The position numbers and the translations under genes are program-made. Positions 61,333 to 64,000 of a DNA stretch of 64,000 bases are shown here, one piece after another. Each line of letters opens with the position of its first letter. The stretch's first letter is position 1. The DNA lies in contig CM097882.1 in assembly GCA_044892505.1 (NCBI GenBank), forward strand, positions 394,258,001-394,322,000, in the 5' to 3' direction. The DNA is from Schmidtea nova. Taxonomy: Eukaryota. The notes under the pieces were generated by a model, which saw only the letters and a program-made list of their open reading frames with translations, had not been told where the DNA came from and did no database searches.

Positions 61333-64000
61333 CAGAGGCGTAGCGAGGGTTTTTGGCGCCCGGGGCGAAACTATAAATTTTGCGCCCCCCGGGCCTCCCC
61401 CAGTTGCAATGAAGAAGTTAAAGTTAAACACAATTTGAAGCCATTTCAAGTGAAACGAATTTTTATTTTAATCTATATACTGAGTATTACAGACGCAGAA
61501 AAAATGTCCGTGTTCGTTACAGTACTTTGCCTAACCAACAGTTGAGTTACAAGCTATAACAACGGCTCATTCATTCTTAAAATTATCGTGATAATAAACG
61601 TACGTTATACCAAATTTATTTTTCTCGCCTTCATGCTTGCAAATTTGTTAATAATATCATCGAAGTCGATTTTTCAGCTGTTTCCTTCTCGACACTTAGC
61701 AGTGGAAGATCAGAAAGACGATCCTGACCCATAGATGCTCTAAGATACGAGAGTATTAGCTTCAGCTTGCTGAAGGAACACTCGCAACTGGCTATTGATA
61801 CTGCAATTGTTAAAAGAATTTGCAGAGCAATGCGCAAGTTTGGAAAAACATCATCACCATATGACACAATGAAAGAAATGAGTTCCAAGGGAGTCGATGG
61901 TAAAGCATCACCTCTCGCGTTTAGCAGCATTTTGCAGTCGCATATTTCGTTGAATAGTTCTCTTCCATCATCATCTGTGTCGTAGAAAATAGCTAGATCT
62001 AAGCAATTTGCGCGAAGAATATCCAAATCATCGCTCTTGATGAGATTTTTAACATCCAGTAAAAATGCGAATTTTGAGTTTAAGTCAGTGAGACGAATGA
62101 ATCTCGTTGTTAGTTCCTGTTGAAATCTATCCAACACACCTTTCATAACTCGTGATACCTCTTCTTCAGCTGAAAGCCCGGCATGTGAACGGACCTCCTG
62201 CGTTTTGAAATACTGAAGCTCCACATACTATCAGCTCATTTCGAAGTTTTTGTGACACCGTGGCTAGTTGAGATATTTGGTCGAAATCTAAATATCCAAT
62301 GTCATTGAACATCAGTACTTCAGGGATGGCATTTCGAGGGGCATCATCATCATCAGCATCATCATCAGCAGAATCATCATCATCGTCGTCTTCATCGTCT
62401 CCGGTGTTTGATTCTTCGGCTATATCAATACTCCTATAATTGTTTTCGGCAGTCTCTTCCCGTTCCTGTCGCTGCATATCGAAGTAGAAAATGGACTCAG
62501 CAGTGTCAGCCTCCATTTGATCAATTACTTCCTCGTCTTGGTCTTGAGTTTCCGGTTCAGAATCATCTCCTGATTCATCGGATTCATCTGTGTAATTGTG
62601 AGATTCATCATCAGTTTTACCTTTTTTCAAAAATTGTTCTATTAAGTGACTGGACTTCTTGGCTTCATTATCGAAGGCAACCTTCCTCTTTCGCCGTTGA
62701 GCGCCACTCAATTTTCTTCCTGAAATGATCTGAAAATCAAAAAATTAAAAACATTGGAAAACTTCGCAAAAGATAATTAATTTTCTATTCAATTATTTAT
62801 AATATATCTAGTAATTATACAGTAATCAGTAATCTCAAGTATAACAATTAAAATAAATATTCATTTATTATCTTCTGATCATCTGATTATGATAATGTAC
62901 AATTTATTTTTATTTAATTCAATATATGTACACAAATTGTTAACAGCAACATACCGTTTTCTTGTTGTTTCTTGTTCAAAATGACGCCAACTTCTCTTTG
63001 AAAAATTTAATGCCAATGAATTATTAGTTTTATTAATTTATTTTATTTATTTGCAATCCAACATCAAGTTTAACAAGCGACTGGTTACGAGGCAGATCTA
63101 ACACATTTTACACATAACTGTTATACGAACGGCATTCCTACTATGAACACTTAACACCAACCACAGTCTAAGATCTAGCGGCCCGGCAGTCTGAACCCAT
63201 CCATTCCGGCTGGCTGTGCCAGAACCCAGAGGTGATGAGGGCATGAGGCTCCTGTTATCTAGGCCGTCGGTTCAGCAGGCTATGGACATGGTGTGCTGCA
63301 CATACGTTCTAGATAGCAGGGCAGCTGTTAATTTACATCAGCTCTACAACAGCGATGTGAAATGACTGGATGAAGGCGAAGCTTGAAGGGGTCACCAAGT
63401 GCAAGCCTGTCGCCAAGTTCCAACTTGCCTGAGCTTGACTACAGAGATCTGTGCCGACCGACATTGCGGCCTGGCGGATTTGAAATTGAACACATCGATC
63501 CTGGCTGGTTGTCGGTGGCTGAGCCAGAGCGGTGATGAGGCTCTTATACTGTCTATCTAGACCGTCTGTTCAGCAGGCCATGCCCATGTTCCTAAACGGC
63601 GTGGGCAAGGTGTGCTGCACAGACCTTCTAGATAGCAATAGCAGCTTTCAAAACATTGGCTCTACGTCAAAGATGTGAAATGACGGGTGGCTGGAGCATG
63701 AAGGGGTCACCAAGTTCCACCTTGCCTGAGCCGGAGATCTGTGCCTAGATTGTGGCTGGTGGGTTTGAAATGAAACACATGAGTGACATGGCTCTCTCCC
63801 TTCCTAAGAACCTAACAAGTTTGATGCTGCAGAACAACTAAATGGACTGAAGCAGAAGATATACAACTAGACTGTTGACGACATCCTGATGCAAGGAAGG
63901 AAACTACTGTTTTTCTTGCATCTTACGCAAACTTTGAGAGAGAGTTAGTCTAGCATGAATATACTGTATCTTCCTCTTCGGCGCCCGGGGCAGCTCGCTC
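61333..64000 (-). mobile_element. hAT transposon (ZMYM/TTF-type), internally deleted; the other TIR probably lies just past the window end
   Basis: Left end CAGAGGCGTAGCG with ggcgcccggggc subterminal motif, which recurs at 63980-63991; encloses a transposase remnant. Confidence 0.8.
61631..62711 (-). pseudogene. hAT transposase remnant: acidic N-terminus joined to the C-terminal dimerisation domain, catalytic core missing
   Basis: MSGAQRRKRK...; VFPNLRIALQILLTIAVSIASCECSFSKLKLILSYLRASMGQDRLSDL. Confidence 0.88.

Noticed and set aside
63220-63545. Hammerhead ribozyme cores (tgatgag)
   Set aside because: The sequence is GTGATGAG rather than CTGATGAG, and no properly placed GAAA and stems were found.

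Overview
A very AT-rich animal genome window, most likely a planarian (Schmidtea/Dugesiidae). This assignment rests on three genomic matches to the planarian spliced-leader (SL) exon, which I compared from memory. Host genes: six exons of a CCDC157 orthologue on the minus strand (3174-17750, in-phase splice sites, continuing past the left edge), and three phase-compatible exons of a kringle / F5-8C(fucolectin)-like / kringle gene on the plus strand (41952-61081). The rest is mobile DNA: Tigger, MULE, hAT elements and MITEs, Tc1 and gypsy remnants. Three things stand out. (1) A family of modular cassettes (about 8.6-9.7, 21.2-22.8, 25.6-26.9 and 29.4-31.2 kb). In three of them a constant leader is fused to the SL exon; this is followed by sense-oriented, intronless pieces of unrelated host genes (PSMA6, an LRR gene, mTOR, DNAJC13/RME-8, PSMG1, RECQL, histone H2B) arranged around a GC hairpin and a G/T-skewed spacer. 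This is a candidate SL-anchored mRNA-capture system. (2) A young Ty3/gypsy element (35463-41240, 5-bp TSD, PBS) whose two 594-bp LTRs each carry a nuclear-receptor coding fragment. (3) A 13-kb spacerless palindrome (42741-55813) with AG...CT termini and a 6-bp TSD, resembling a non-coding snap-back Polinton/Maverick derivative, inside an apparent intron of the kringle gene. All protein identifications are manual comparisons from memory and need BLAST/HMM confirmation.
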